IMG/VR virus record: IMGVR_UViG_3300012985_000002
Location: 1 to 55,584 of that record
DNA length: 55,584 bases
Source: a virus
Taxonomy: Duplodnaviria; Caudoviricetes
Reading direction: 5' to 3' (one strand)
The notes beneath the pieces are model-generated. The model had not been told where the DNA came from, ran no database searches, and saw only the letters and a program-made list of their open reading frames with translations. Below are positions 44,135-53,468 of this stretch, in pieces. The translations under genes and the position numbers were made by a program. Position 1 is the first letter of the stretch. Every line of letters begins with the position of its first letter.

Positions 44135-46399
44135 TTACTTGATGTAGCGATGACCGGACTTGATGTCCGCCACCAGTGGGAAGCCCTCGACCCGACAGTA
44201 TGTCATGGCCGTGTCGAGGATCTTCATCACAGCGTCGTGAGACCACAGACCGGGTTGCCAGTCCACAGCGATCTCATCGTGGAACTGTCCACAGGGCAGA
44301 GCGTTCGTGACGCCACCCGTGTCCAGCATGTCGAACAGCGCGTGCACACTGTCCATGAACATCTCGCGGCAGAACGACTGCACGACGATGCCAGTGATCT
44401 TGCCACCGTACACCTTGTTGAAGACCTCGAGAGGCTTGTTGGTCCTCGGGTCCTTCTTCTTCGGGTGCTGGTATGTCGCCTTCCACAGAGGCTTGTCCGG
44501 GTTGTAGTACTCGGCAGGCTTGTAGTGCAGCAGGCTGACGTTGAACCCGTCGTCGTTGAGCTTGAGGTACAGACCGTGCAGGAACCGCGTGACGAACGGC
44601 GTACCGTCCGGCAGCAGCACCTGCACTGCCACGCTCAGAGAACCGGGGTGCTGCTCCGCCATGCTCTTCAGCACGAACGGAGTTGTCTTGATCGACAGCC
44701 CGTTGGCGACTCGCACCGTCAGACTCTCGTTGAGACGCACCGTGTCCTTCATCAGGTTGTCCATGGTCTCCCAGAACTTGACGATAGCAGGGTTTGCCTT
44801 GCGCCAGTTCATGACGTCCTCGACCGCCGTCTCGATGTCAACCGAGAAGCCGAGACGGAACATGAAGTCCTGCAGCACAGATGCAGACGACTGGTACCCA
44901 CAGCTGAGCTCCGAGTACTTGCCTCTCGGACGCTGGTCCTTCGTAACCTCTTCGTAGGAGATGTTGAAGAACTTGGAGGCCAGGACCTTGTACACGTCCT
45001 TGCCCTCCATGTAGGTCTGCGTCTTCCAGTCCTCGCCAGCGATCCAGGCCAGTGCTCGAGACTCGACAGAGCTGAAGTCACCGACGATGACCTCACCTTC
45101 CGGGTGACGGGACTCGAACACCTGACGCAGCTGACCAGCCATGTCACCGTTGCTCCAGTGGTGCTGGAGGTTGTAGACCGTGCTGATGTCGATGACCACG
45201 TCCTCGCCGTCCTCGTCCTTACCCATCACGAGCTTAGCGAGGTTCTGCATCTGCACACCCTTACCTGACGTACGGAACGTCTGGCTCGCGCCTGCGTGGA
45301 CGTACTGGTCCCGAAGGATACCGTCCTTGTCGCTCAGGTTGAGGATCACCGGTAGCTTGGACAGCGTGCTTCCACCGATTTCCAGCTTGGCTTCGAGCAT
45401 AGCCTCAGCCTCCTTGAGCAGGCCGATGCTCCGTGTGATGGACGGGTAGTCGTCCCGCCCATCCTCACCCAGCATCTCTTCGCCTCGGGCGATACGATCC
45501 TTGACCCGCTCCAGCACGAGAGGCAGGTGGTACTTGTCCAGGCTCTTGGCCTGTACCCCACGATCGTTCAGATACTTCTTCAACTGCTGGTGGCTGTTGA
45601 AGTTGATCTGGTCACCCGTCTCGTTGACGAACGCCCGCTGTGCGATGATGCCGTTGGCCCACGACCGCTGGCGCATCTTGTCCACGAGCGGGATGTCGAC
45701 TTGCCACCCGTTCTGGTTCATGCGGTAGCACTCCCACTCCCGCTCAGCCTCACGCTCGATGAGACCAGGGTCCAGCGGGTCCATGATCTCATGCGCGACG
45801 AGCCTGATCTCTCGCGAGCCAGCCGCGTCGACCTCGCAGTAGTGGATGAACTCCATCCACTTGTCCATGTGCCCGTGCTTCTCGATGAGCTCGGGCGTGG
45901 GACCGTCGGGGTAGAACTCGTTCGGCACGCAGAAGAGCATGATGAGCTCCTTGCCGACCTCGAGCTTCGCCTCGTCGGTGAGTTGACGAGACGCGACCTC
46001 GAGCTTCTCGCCCACGCCCAGCATGCGTGCGTCGACAGCACTGTCCTGGAACCTACGGACAGGGAACTTCGGCAGGATCGTACGAGTCACTGCACGCTCG
46101 AACGGGGCGTTGTGTGCCATGATGATCCTGTTGGCGTGGACGCCGTTGAGCAGGTCCCACTCGAACGAATCGAGAACCTCTCTGTCGTCGTCCAGCTGCT
46201 CCTGCATGATGCCGTCCTGCCAGTAGCAGCGGAACACGAAGTCGTACGTGAACTTCCCGTACTTGTCGGCGGTACTCACGATGAGCGCCTTGAACTCGGG
46301 GTCTGTCACGTAATTGAACAGACCCTTCTCGGGCAGGTTCGTCCGAGACCAGGTCTCGTAGTCCAGCCCGACGTACAGCTCTTCGAGGTCAATCGTCAT
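44135..46399 (-). CDS. polA: Family A DNA polymerase with 3'-5' exonuclease (754 aa)
   Basis: Exonuclease motifs LDYET, AHNAPFE, YCEVD. Polymerase motifs QMQNL, A (GDFSSVESR), B (RGKYSELSCGY), C (FHDEI). Start trimmed to MTIDLEE. Confidence 0.93.
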   Translation of the reverse strand: MTIDLEELYVGLDYETWSRTNLPEKGLFNYVTDPEFKALIVSTADKYGKFTYDFVFRCYWQDGIMQEQLDDDREVLDSFEWDLLNGVHANRIIMAHNAPFERAVTRTILPKFPVRRFQDSAVDARMLGVGEKLEVASRQLTDEAKLEVGKELIMLFCVPNEFYPDGPTPELIEKHGHMDKWMEFIHYCEVDAAGSREIRLVAHEIMDPLDPGLIEREAEREWECYRMNQNGWQVDIPLVDKMRQRSWANGIIAQRAFVNETGDQINFNSHQQLKKYLNDRGVQAKSLDKYHLPLVLERVKDRIARGEEMLGEDGRDDYPSITRSIGLLKEAEAMLEAKLEIGGSTLSKLPVILNLSDKDGILRDQYVHAGASQTFRTSGKGVQMQNLAKLVMGKDEDGEDVVIDISTVYNLQHHWSNGDMAGQLRQVFESRHPEGEVIVGDFSSVESRALAWIAGEDWKTQTYMEGKDVYKVLASKFFNISYEEVTKDQRPRGKYSELSCGYQSSASVLQDFMFRLGFSVDIETAVEDVMNWRKANPAIVKFWETMDNLMKDTVRLNESLTVRVANGLSIKTTPFVLKSMAEQHPGSLSVAVQVLLPDGTPFVTRFLHGLYLKLNDDGFNVSLLHYKPAEYYNPDKPLWKATYQHPKKKDPRTNKPLEVFNKVYGGKITGIVVQSFCREMFMDSVHALFDMLDTGGVTNALPCGQFHDEIAVDWQPGLWSHDAVMKILDTAMTYCRVEGFPLVADIKSGHRYIK

Positions 46400-46652
46400 T
46401 CCCACACTCCTCACATTTGAACGCGTGGATGAGTGCCACGTCGTAGTCGTTGGTCTCGAACCCGCAGCCAAACACGGCCATGAACAGAGGCGGATCGTTC
46501 TCAACGTCCGCATCTGCCTCCTGCAGGATCGCAGCAATCACCTTATCAGCGAGCTCGAAGCTCTCTTCTTCGTTGATGTACTGGTTGTAGAAGTCTGCGG
46601 CGGCCACGTCGTAACCCTCAATGGCCGCCGCAATCTTCTCACGCAGGCTCAC
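46389..46652 (-). CDS. Hypothetical protein (87 aa)
   Basis: GTGA coupling, C-terminal CxxC. Confidence 0.65.
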   Translation of the reverse strand: MSLREKIAAAIEGYDVAAADFYNQYINEEESFELADKVIAAILQEADADVENDPPLFMAVFGCGFETNDYDVALIHAFKCEECGNDD

Positions 46653-47221
46653 GCCGTTGCCTTCTTCATCGTGTCGAGAGCGAGGACCGCCGGGTCGTCG
46701 TCAGCGAGTTCACCGGCCCACGCATCCGGGTTGTTCGGATCGTGAGCCTTGATGTACTCTTCGAGACGCTCGATGATCTCTTTCTGGATCGCCTCGTACG
46801 TGGTCTCGTCGTCCTTGTACTCGACGAACTTCCACTTGTTCATGTCGAGCCCGAACTCCTTGGCCCAGTGTTCTGCTGCCAGCACGTTGTTCGTGATGAG
46901 CGTGGTGAACCACCCATCCATCCCGTCCCAGTGCTGGACCTGCCCCGCCTTCGGGTGCGGCGACCCGTCGTAGATCGTAGCGGGGTAGACCACGTCCTCG
47001 CCCTCAAGGTACTTCTTGAGGTCGAACTTCTCTGCGTCGTTCGCGAACTCGAACACGTCCCACAGCCCGGAAGCGATGACGTTGTTCGGCACGTCCGTCC
47101 ACGCGCAGTAGTCATCGTTCGTGATGTGAGCCTTGAGCTTGCCCTCGTCATCGAACAGCAGGTACGTGTAGTACCAGCTGTCGGTGATCTTCTGCAGCTC
47201 GTCGTACTCTGGCCTAGTCAA
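46649..47221 (-). CDS. Hypothetical protein (190 aa)
   Basis: RBS GAAGGAG with TTG at 47221, strong codon bias. Confidence 0.75.
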   Translation of the reverse strand: MTRPEYDELQKITDSWYYTYLLFDDEGKLKAHITNDDYCAWTDVPNNVIASGLWDVFEFANDAEKFDLKKYLEGEDVVYPATIYDGSPHPKAGQVQHWDGMDGWFTTLITNNVLAAEHWAKEFGLDMNKWKFVEYKDDETTYEAIQKEIIERLEEYIKAHDPNNPDAWAGELADDDPAVLALDTMKKATA

Positions 47222-48485
47222 GATCGTCTCCTTCCATAGACGAGTCTGTGGCTGCATCGTCACGAGCACCGTACAAGACGGTCATCATGACGGGGCAGGC
47301 CTTGGAACCACGGTCAGACCGTGAGTGCGGATTCGCCGGGCAGAACTTGCAGTGCTCGCCCGGCGTCAGAGTGAGGTCACCACCGAGGATCTTGTCCTCG
47401 CTGGACTGCATGTCCTCTTTCCAGGCCGTGAGCTTCTCTTGGCTCACGTCCCAGTAATCGATGTTGTTCCGTTGCATGATGTGCAGCCGGACCTTGGCGT
47501 ACAGGTGTGCGCTGAACGTAACAGCATAGTACATCAGCTGTTCGTTCTCGATGGGCGAGACTTCGATCTCACCCATCTTGAGGTCGATGACCTCCATACG
47601 CCCGAGCTTCTTCGAGCGAATGATGAGGTCGACCGTGGTCTTCGGAGCAGTCTCCAACCACGTCGCTGCCTTCTTGACCTCGGACAGGACCTCGATGTCG
47701 TCAGCGCCAGCAGCCTCCATCTCATCGATGATGTCTGCCACACGCTCCAGAGCATCGGCGAGGAACTGAAGTCGACGAGGCGGAGCGCCAGCGATGACCC
47801 AGACCTCGTTGCCCTCGGCATCGATCTTCTCGTTACCGTTCTCGTCGATCGCCCGCTTCTTGTGCATGAGCGCCTGATAGATCACGGCGTGAGAGAGCGG
47901 CGGAGCCGTCTTGAACTGCATGAACCACCAGACGATGAACGTCTTCGCGTCCTCAAGGATCTTGCGACGCTCGACCCAGTGAATGGACACGATCAGTCGA
48001 AGGAGCTTGGCCTTGTCACGCAGGTTGCTCACGTCAGAAAGCGCCTCCTCGAAAATTTTGTGGAGACGCGTGCCCTCGCCCTTCATACCGTTCTCGTTAC
48101 GAGGCGGGTACTCGAAGCCCTCGATCGCCTCGGTGAGGTTCGCAGAGCCGTGGCAGTTGTGGTACCGGCTCGCTACCGACGCCGAGAAACGGAAATCCGT
48201 CTCACTCGGGTTGTCGGCATCGAGCTCATCGATGAGTGTATCGCTCAACTCGTATGTCCTTCCTCTGCCCATGACGAGCGTGGGCATGTAGCCTGCTCGT
48301 CGCAGGAGTTGGGTGTGTGTCTTGCAGGTAGTGTACACACCCCACGAGGGTGCATCACACGTTGGTAGAGCGCAGTGCCACGGTGTTGTGTGAGCGTGAC
48401 ACTCAGTCGTCCCACGCAGAGCTTTGCGTGGACACCATTGATGCTCGCAGTCAGTGGTCGTAGACAGAGCCGTCGCCACTGACAT
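47214..48485 (-). CDS. Cas4-like PD-(D/E)XK exonuclease (DUF2800-like)
   Basis: SAS...R...C.GS, EGT.LH, TVD, IDLKMG, QLMYYA and CKFCPA motifs. The start is uncertain. Confidence 0.85.
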   Translation of the reverse strand: MSVATALSTTTDCEHQWCPRKALRGTTECHAHTTPWHCALPTCDAPSWGVYTTCKTHTQLLRRAGYMPTLVMGRGRTYELSDTLIDELDADNPSETDFRFSASVASRYHNCHGSANLTEAIEGFEYPPRNENGMKGEGTRLHKIFEEALSDVSNLRDKAKLLRLIVSIHWVERRKILEDAKTFIVWWFMQFKTAPPLSHAVIYQALMHKKRAIDENGNEKIDAEGNEVWVIAGAPPRRLQFLADALERVADIIDEMEAAGADDIEVLSEVKKAATWLETAPKTTVDLIIRSKKLGRMEVIDLKMGEIEVSPIENEQLMYYAVTFSAHLYAKVRLHIMQRNNIDYWDVSQEKLTAWKEDMQSSEDKILGGDLTLTPGEHCKFCPANPHSRSDRGSKACPVMMTVLYGARDDAATDSSMEGDDLD

Positions 48486-48597
48486 GGTGCTTCTCGGTCT
48501 CGTCTGCTCCGGGCTGCTGGCCGTGGCCCTTGAGCAGGCAGCACTGATGTGCTACACCGTCCTCGACCCACGGGAACTGACACCATTCGAAGGGCAT
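48451..48597 (-). CDS. Small Cys/His-rich protein (48 aa)
   Basis: TAATG coupling, CxxxxGH motif. Confidence 0.5.
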   Translation of the reverse strand: MPFEWCQFPWVEDGVAHQCCLLKGHGQQPGADETEKHHVSGDGSVYDH

Positions 48598-48731
48598 TAC
48601 CTGTACTTCCTCACGACACAGAACTCTGTGCCCAGTGTGCGATCGGCGAGGAACATGTCGAGCCACGCACGGAACTCGTCCTCCGTCATCTCGGTGTCAG
48701 GCTTGTTGTCCTGTGCAACGATGATCTTCAT
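48597..48731 (-). CDS. Small hypothetical protein (44 aa)
   Basis: RBS AGGAG, sequence MKIIVAQDNK... Confidence 0.6.
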   Translation of the reverse strand: MKIIVAQDNKPDTEMTEDEFRAWLDMFLADRTLGTEFCVVRKYR

Positions 48732-48746
48732 TGTGTCTCCTAACGG

Positions 48747-48782
48747 AAATGGGCGGACACCCCGAAGGGTGCCCGCCCATTC
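48747..48782 (-). terminator. UUCG hairpin / terminator after the SSB gene
   Basis: AATGGGCGGGCACCC-TTCG-GGGTGTCCGCCCATTT. Confidence 0.7.
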
Positions 48783-48786
48783 AGGC

Positions 48787-49527
48787 TTACGCCCAGTCCT
48801 GGTCGTCGCCGTCCTCGACCATCTCGGCGTCGGCCGCATTGCCGCCGATCACCGGCAGTCCCTTGTGAGGGAGCAGGTAGATCGCCGGAGCGGAGTAGCC
48901 GGAGATGCCGACGAACGGAGACTCGAAGCCACCGAAGCGCAGCGACGCCCTCCAGTCCCAGCCCGAGCCCCACCACAGGCGGCTCGTGTCCGACCGCTCT
49001 TCAGGGATAACCTCGTCCTCGATGAGGTCACGGATCGAGCGGACCTTGGTCTTGCCGTCCGCGCCCTTGACCAGGGCCTTGGTGCCCAGGTCCTGCTGGT
49101 ACGGACCGAAGAACTTGATCTTGCCGACGTACTCGTGGTCCTCGCCGAGGTTCTCCTCGTCCTTCTTGGTGAGCCCACGGAGCGGGAGGTTCGGACGCGC
49201 CTTCTTCTTGTCGGTCGGATCGATCCACACGCCGTCCTTGATCTGTGCGATCAAGTCCTCGTGGTAGACGCCGTCGAGGTGCTTCTTGCCGTTGGCCTCC
49301 AGCACCTGCTGGAACGGGAAGAACACTTCGAGGAGGTACGTACGCGCCTTCTCGAAGTTCTCCTTGTCGAGGAAGAGCGTCGCGCCGATCTTGTCCGGGA
49401 ACTGTGCGGCGGGCTTGCCCTTCTTCTTGCGCCACTCCACGATCTGCTCGATGTTCTTGTTCGAGTAGAGCGGGAATGCCAGCTGCCCCTGAACCTTCAG
49501 GTTGTCGGGGTATTCGATCTCAGCCAT
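48787..49527 (-). CDS. Putative ssDNA-binding protein (gp2.5/DUF2815-like)
   Basis: L.FP.L motif near the N-terminus, acidic-aromatic tail EDGDDQDWA, near the DUF2800-like nuclease and PolA, high codon bias. Confidence 0.55.
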   Translation of the reverse strand: MAEIEYPDNLKVQGQLAFPLYSNKNIEQIVEWRKKKGKPAAQFPDKIGATLFLDKENFEKARTYLLEVFFPFQQVLEANGKKHLDGVYHEDLIAQIKDGVWIDPTDKKKARPNLPLRGLTKKDEENLGEDHEYVGKIKFFGPYQQDLGTKALVKGADGKTKVRSIRDLIEDEVIPEERSDTSRLWWGSGWDWRASLRFGGFESPFVGISGYSAPAIYLLPHKGLPVIGGNAADAEMVEDGDDQDWA

Positions 49528-49635
49528 GGTTTCTCTTTCGTTTCTTGTTGATGGTTGCTGTGACTCGTTTGTACGGAGAGTCAGACCGCTGGTTCTATGG
49601 TGGTACGAGGTACTCCTACCTAGTGGTCCCAGAGT

Positions 49636-49833
49636 CTAGACCCACACCCAGACGAACGGATGTCCGCTGAGTGTGGCGATGCCGTAGATGAACAGCATGA
49701 CGACTGCGAAGATGATCCAGATCAGGAGGAACAGCATGATCCCCTGGAACGGGTCACCGCCCAGCGGGTCGAACAGACCCGCCAGGCCAGCGATGATGCT
49801 GACGAGCAGCACTGCGAGAACGATCCACAGCAT
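49636..49833 (-). CDS. Small membrane protein (2 TM)
   Basis: TGATG coupling, two hydrophobic segments. Confidence 0.7.
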   Translation of the reverse strand: MLWIVLAVLLVSIIAGLAGLFDPLGGDPFQGIMLFLLIWIIFAVVMLFIYGIATLSGHPFVWVWV

Positions 49834-50822
49834 CAGACGAGCGCTGCCTCACGAGCGAGGTCAGCAGCCTGACGGAGCGTGGTGTCCGGCGTCAGCATGC
49901 TCCGCTTGAAGCGGGTCATGTTGCTCTGCGCCTCACGCACCCACGACTGGTACGAGGACGCAGCCTCGAACAGACCGAGGGCAGTGCCACGCACGCCGTC
50001 GTTGAAGTCGCCCATGTACTCGCCGATGAGCTCGACACGAGCCAGCTTCACGTTGTCCTGCACACGTTCGGAAGCGAGCTCCGGCATCCACAGGAACTGC
50101 TCCACGAACCAGGCGGTCTGCTCGACCGTGACGGGCATGGAGGCCAGCTCTTCCTTGGCGTCCTTCCACAGGTCGATGCCCGATCGCCATGCCACGAGCT
50201 TCTCTTCGAGCTCGGTCATGCGCTCCAGCAGGTTCTGCGTGTGAGCCAGCGACAGGTTCATGCCTGCCGCCTCCGCCGAGAAGTCAGCAGCGTTGCTCAT
50301 GTTCTGGCAGACCACCCGCACGTTGGTGGGCTGCACACGCAGTGCCTTGTTGCGGGTGTACGCGTTCTGGAACGCGATGTACGACACGGTCTCGCCCTTG
50401 TGGTCGCCGATGATGAACACCGGCTCGCTGAACTTGAGCAGCACGTACATGTCTGCTCCGCCGTTGTACGTGCCCGCCGTCTCCACGTCGAGCGTGCCGT
50501 AGCCCAGGTTCTTCATGGCCTGCTGAGCGTTCTCGACCACGTCCCAGACCTCGTTGGGCTGAGGGTCGACACGCACCTTCGGTACCATGTCGAAGACCTG
50601 CTTGGTGTCACGACGAACGTTGAGTTCGAAGTCATCAGCCATGTAGTACTCACCGCTGTTGACGTCGTAACGATAGAGGGGCTCACGATCCACCTTGTAC
50701 GAGTGGACGTGAGCCTCGGCTGTTGCTCGGTCAGGCGCTACAGCGTAGATGTCGCTGAGGTTGTGCCAAGCGGGGTCGCGAACGACAAGAGCCTTGTCGT
50801 TCTCATTCATTCCGTGTGCCAC
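49833..50822 (-). CDS. DUF932-family protein (329 aa)
   Basis: PAWHNL, ETAG..NGG and TNVRVVCQN motifs; RBS AAGGAAGG with GTG at 50822. Confidence 0.85.
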   Translation of the reverse strand: MAHGMNENDKALVVRDPAWHNLSDIYAVAPDRATAEAHVHSYKVDREPLYRYDVNSGEYYMADDFELNVRRDTKQVFDMVPKVRVDPQPNEVWDVVENAQQAMKNLGYGTLDVETAGTYNGGADMYVLLKFSEPVFIIGDHKGETVSYIAFQNAYTRNKALRVQPTNVRVVCQNMSNAADFSAEAAGMNLSLAHTQNLLERMTELEEKLVAWRSGIDLWKDAKEELASMPVTVEQTAWFVEQFLWMPELASERVQDNVKLARVELIGEYMGDFNDGVRGTALGLFEAASSYQSWVREAQSNMTRFKRSMLTPDTTLRQAADLAREAALV

Positions 50823-50843
50823 GATCGATCCTTCCTTCGATCC

Positions 50844-50852
50844 ATTATACCA
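50844..50852 (-). promoter_or_regulatory. Extended -10 promoter TGGTATAAT
   Basis: Directly upstream of the DUF932 RBS. Confidence 0.65.
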
Positions 50853-50897
50853 TGAAAGTGCCGGGTCCGCTGAAAATTTTGCGAACCCGGCGGGCCT

Positions 50898-51008
50898 CCA
50901 GCCTGGCCCCAGGTGCCACGCTCTCGCGTCCAACCCCCACCCCAATGGGGGAGGGACAGCCCGCCCCACACGGGCGGAGAGCGTGGCACCCGGCCCCAGT
51001 CCGGCTGG
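50898..51008. ncRNA. Candidate structured intergenic element (multi-way junction)
   Basis: Perfect 14-bp inverted repeat 50912-50925/50977-50990 enclosing two small hairpins. Confidence 0.35.
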
Positions 51009-51009
51009 C

Positions 51010-51264
51010 CTAGCCGGTAGCCTCCCACCAAACCCAGGTGTAGACGGTGTCCCACTCCGTCTCCTGGACTGTTGGGAGAACACCCTCGGGAACCTGGTGG
51101 TCCCGCTTGAACCGATCGAGGTCGTCCTCCTTGACCTCGCCCAGTGTGGTGATGTGCACGTCAGGCTCTGTGTCGAAGAACTGTGGCAGGCCCTTGGAGA
51201 CCATGCACGTCTTCTCCTTCTGCACCATCACCGGCTTCTCGGTGAAGATGATGCGCACGCTCAC
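51010..51264 (-). CDS. Hypothetical protein (84 aa)
   Basis: GTGA coupling, codon use. Confidence 0.65.
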   Translation of the reverse strand: MSVRIIFTEKPVMVQKEKTCMVSKGLPQFFDTEPDVHITTLGEVKEDDLDRFKRDHQVPEGVLPTVQETEWDTVYTWVWWEATG

Positions 51265-51539
51265 AGCCCGACCTCGACGTGCTGACCGTCGAGGCACTTG
51301 CAGTTGTCGACGGCGAGCGCGTCGAACCGTGCCTTCTCGATCTGAGCCGAGAGCTGCTCACGCTCTTCGAACGACAGGGACTCGTCGTTCTGCAGCGTCT
51401 GCTCCCAGCCCGATGCGATTGCTCGGATGAACTCCGCCTTCATGCGGTGAGCCTTGACGAGCTCACGCCGCTGATGTGCCTCGTACGAACGACGAGACAT
51501 CTTGACGGCGTACCGCTCCTTGATAACCAGGATCTTCAT
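51261..51539 (-). CDS. Hypothetical protein (92 aa)
   Basis: ATGA coupling, RBS GGAG. Confidence 0.7.
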   Translation of the reverse strand: MKILVIKERYAVKMSRRSYEAHQRRELVKAHRMKAEFIRAIASGWEQTLQNDESLSFEEREQLSAQIEKARFDALAVDNCKCLDGQHVEVGL

Positions 51540-51829
51540 GTCTTCTCCAATGCTAGAAGGATCTTGTACAGCTTGGGTTGCAGCACACGATCGTCTACCT
51601 CGTAGGTGACGGGTGCGCTCTTGCTCATGGACAGGTGTATCCGAACTTGTTTGTTCGGAAGCGGCTGAAGCGTGATGAACACGTCAGCCGCATTGGTCTG
51701 ACACTTGATCGAGCGACCAGCACCAGAGTAGAACAGGATGTGAGGGATCTGCAGCTTAGCGAGGATATCCTTCAATTGCCTGTTGTACTTGACTTCCCTC
51801 TGCAGCAGGGAGACTACGCTTTCGTGCAT
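51536..51829 (-). CDS. Hypothetical protein (97 aa)
   Basis: RBS AAGGAG. Confidence 0.65.
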   Translation of the reverse strand: MHESVVSLLQREVKYNRQLKDILAKLQIPHILFYSGAGRSIKCQTNAADVFITLQPLPNKQVRIHLSMSKSAPVTYEVDDRVLQPKLYKILLALEKT

Positions 51830-52088
51830 CGAGCTCCTTCACGATGATGGTAGCGGTGGCCTGCTCACTGACCGTGAGCGTCTGTTGCTCGTTGAGCATG
51901 AGGAGCAGCGACATCTGCAACATGTGCAGCTGACACTGTCTCATGACGTGAGCGCCACGAGACGTGTAGCACTCGCTCATGAGCTGGTACACCCACTCCC
52001 ACGTGATGCCGACGACCTCGACGCGCTCGCCGCAGGCAGGGCAGTCGTAGACGAGGTCAGGCTTGATGCTGTTGCTAGGCACGTTCAC
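51756..52088 (-). CDS. Hypothetical Zn-ribbon protein (110 aa)
   Basis: YDCPACGE motif. Confidence 0.6.
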   Translation of the reverse strand: MNVPSNSIKPDLVYDCPACGERVEVVGITWEWVYQLMSECYTSRGAHVMRQCQLHMLQMSLLLMLNEQQTLTVSEQATATIIVKELDARKRSLPAAEGSQVQQAIEGYPR

Positions 52089-52398
52089 CCACCACCATGA
52101 TCGGGAACCCGAGCGGGTTCTGCAGCATGACGACCGTCCAGCCCTCGATGGTCTTGATGTTCGTCTCTCTGATGTTGGACGGCGTGTTGGTGAGAGCAGT
52201 CTGGATGAGCACGTCGAAGTCTACCCACCGTTCAGGCTTGAGCATGACGATGTAGTCGGTGTACTTCCACTTACCGGACGGATTGAAGAACTGAATCTCC
52301 CACACGTTCGTACGCTCGCCGACGCTCTCCACGTCTCGATCGTGCTGCTTGAGGATAGCACGAGCGTCCTCACGATCCTTCGCAACCCAGTCAGTCAT
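52075..52398 (-). CDS. Hypothetical protein (107 aa)
   Basis: ATGA coupling, RBS AAGGA. Confidence 0.7.
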   Translation of the reverse strand: MTDWVAKDREDARAILKQHDRDVESVGERTNVWEIQFFNPSGKWKYTDYIVMLKPERWVDFDVLIQTALTNTPSNIRETNIKTIEGWTVVMLQNPLGFPIMVVGERA

Positions 52399-52682
52399 GA
52401 CTCATCCTTCCGCATGATCGCCTCTTCGAGAGCGATCTCACAGTAGTAGATCGAGCCCTCGCTCTTGATGTACGTGACAGCGACGTTCCCGATGGGCGTG
52501 TGATAGACACGACGCCAGCGGTTCTCGCCCTGAAGCTTGACCATGTACGATGAGGCACGCTCGTTGTAGCCTCGATCGAACTTGGTTTGGTTGTTGATCA
52601 CCGTCTTGACGTCGGCGATCGCGTCCATCTTGAGGTTGTGGACGTTGTTGTTGGTCACATCGACCAAGGCACTATCAATCAT
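52395..52682 (-). CDS. Hypothetical protein (95 aa)
   Basis: RBS AAGGAG with ATG at 52682. Confidence 0.7.
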   Translation of the reverse strand: MIDSALVDVTNNNVHNLKMDAIADVKTVINNQTKFDRGYNERASSYMVKLQGENRWRRVYHTPIGNVAVTYIKSEGSIYYCEIALEEAIMRKDES

Positions 52683-52703
52683 GATTCTCCTTGTCGTATA
52701 TAC

Positions 52704-52740
52704 AACGAGGCCCGCCACCCAGAAGGTGACGGGCCTCGTT
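52704..52740 (-). terminator. 16-bp stem-loop after the 52756-53238 gene
   Basis: AACGAGGCCCGTCACC-TTCTG-GGTGGCGGGCCTCGTT. Confidence 0.6.
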
Positions 52741-52755
52741 AGAGGGCGGCGGCGC

Positions 52756-53238
52756 TCAGGCCAGGCCGGCTGCCTTGAGCAGCTCGGCGAGCGTGGCCTG
52801 GTCGTCCTCGCTGATGCCACCGGCGAGGATGTCCTGGATCTTCTCGACCTTGGACTTCTTCGCACGCGGCGTGGTGGGCGTGACCTTCTTCGCCGCGACC
52901 TCGGGGTCGAAGACGAAGCCGACGTAGCCGTTGAGCGGGTCCTCGTTGGTGAGGGCCTTGATCGACTGCTCGACCTGCTTGGCGGTCGCGGCGGCGACGG
53001 CCTTCTCGATCGGGTTGTCGACGTGCTCGCCGTGCTCCTCGATGAAGGCCTCGATCGCCTCGACCTGACCGGCGAAGAACTCGTCGACACGGTCGGGCTC
53101 GGCGTCACGGACGGTGAGGTAGTGCTGGACGAAGCGGACCTGCGACTGGCGCGGCACGTTGCGGACGGCGTCGCGCGCGGCCTGCGCCTCGGGCGACAGC
53201 TCGGTCGTGGTGGTCTCTTCGGTGTTCTTGCGAGCCAT
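52756..53238 (-). CDS. Hypothetical protein, probably highly expressed (160 aa)
   Basis: RBS GGAAGGA, very strong codon bias, own promoter, structured leader and downstream hairpin. Confidence 0.85.
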   Translation of the reverse strand: MARKNTEETTTTELSPEAQAARDAVRNVPRQSQVRFVQHYLTVRDAEPDRVDEFFAGQVEAIEAFIEEHGEHVDNPIEKAVAAATAKQVEQSIKALTNEDPLNGYVGFVFDPEVAAKKVTPTTPRAKKSKVEKIQDILAGGISEDDQATLAELLKAAGLA

Positions 53239-53382
53239 GAGCTCTTTCCTTCCATTGTTGGGCGGTGTTGTACCGGTACTGGGTTCGGCCCAGTGTGCCG
53301 GGTAGGGTGAGGGACGCCGGTGCCCCACCCTACCCGACGCACCGGGGAGAGTCGGTGACTCTCGGTGCTTGGGCGTAGAACT

Positions 53383-53391
53383 AGTATACCA
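53383..53391 (-). promoter_or_regulatory. Extended -10 promoter TGGTATACT
   Basis: Intergenic, upstream of a three-hairpin leader. Confidence 0.6.
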
Positions 53392-53468
53392 TGTCCGCGC
53401 GCCCGGCGGGTTGCGGACTACGTACTTGGTCCTACATGTGTGTCGTGATCGGGCTCACGCCACGCTTG

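Noticed and set aside
46400-46537. N-terminal extensions in the ORF track (polA, 21864, 22922, 26085, 31384, 33888, 51083, 53342)
   Set aside because: They overlap upstream genes or promoters. Downstream starts have an RBS or stop-start coupling.
43817-48368. Long plus-strand ORFs opposite polA and the Cas4-like gene
   Set aside because: Shadow ORFs; the minus-strand frames carry the enzyme motifs.
47214-48485. Cas4-like gene as a sign of CRISPR-Cas
   Set aside because: It is a stand-alone phage nuclease in the usual SSB/PolA neighbourhood; no cas1, cas2 or array is present.
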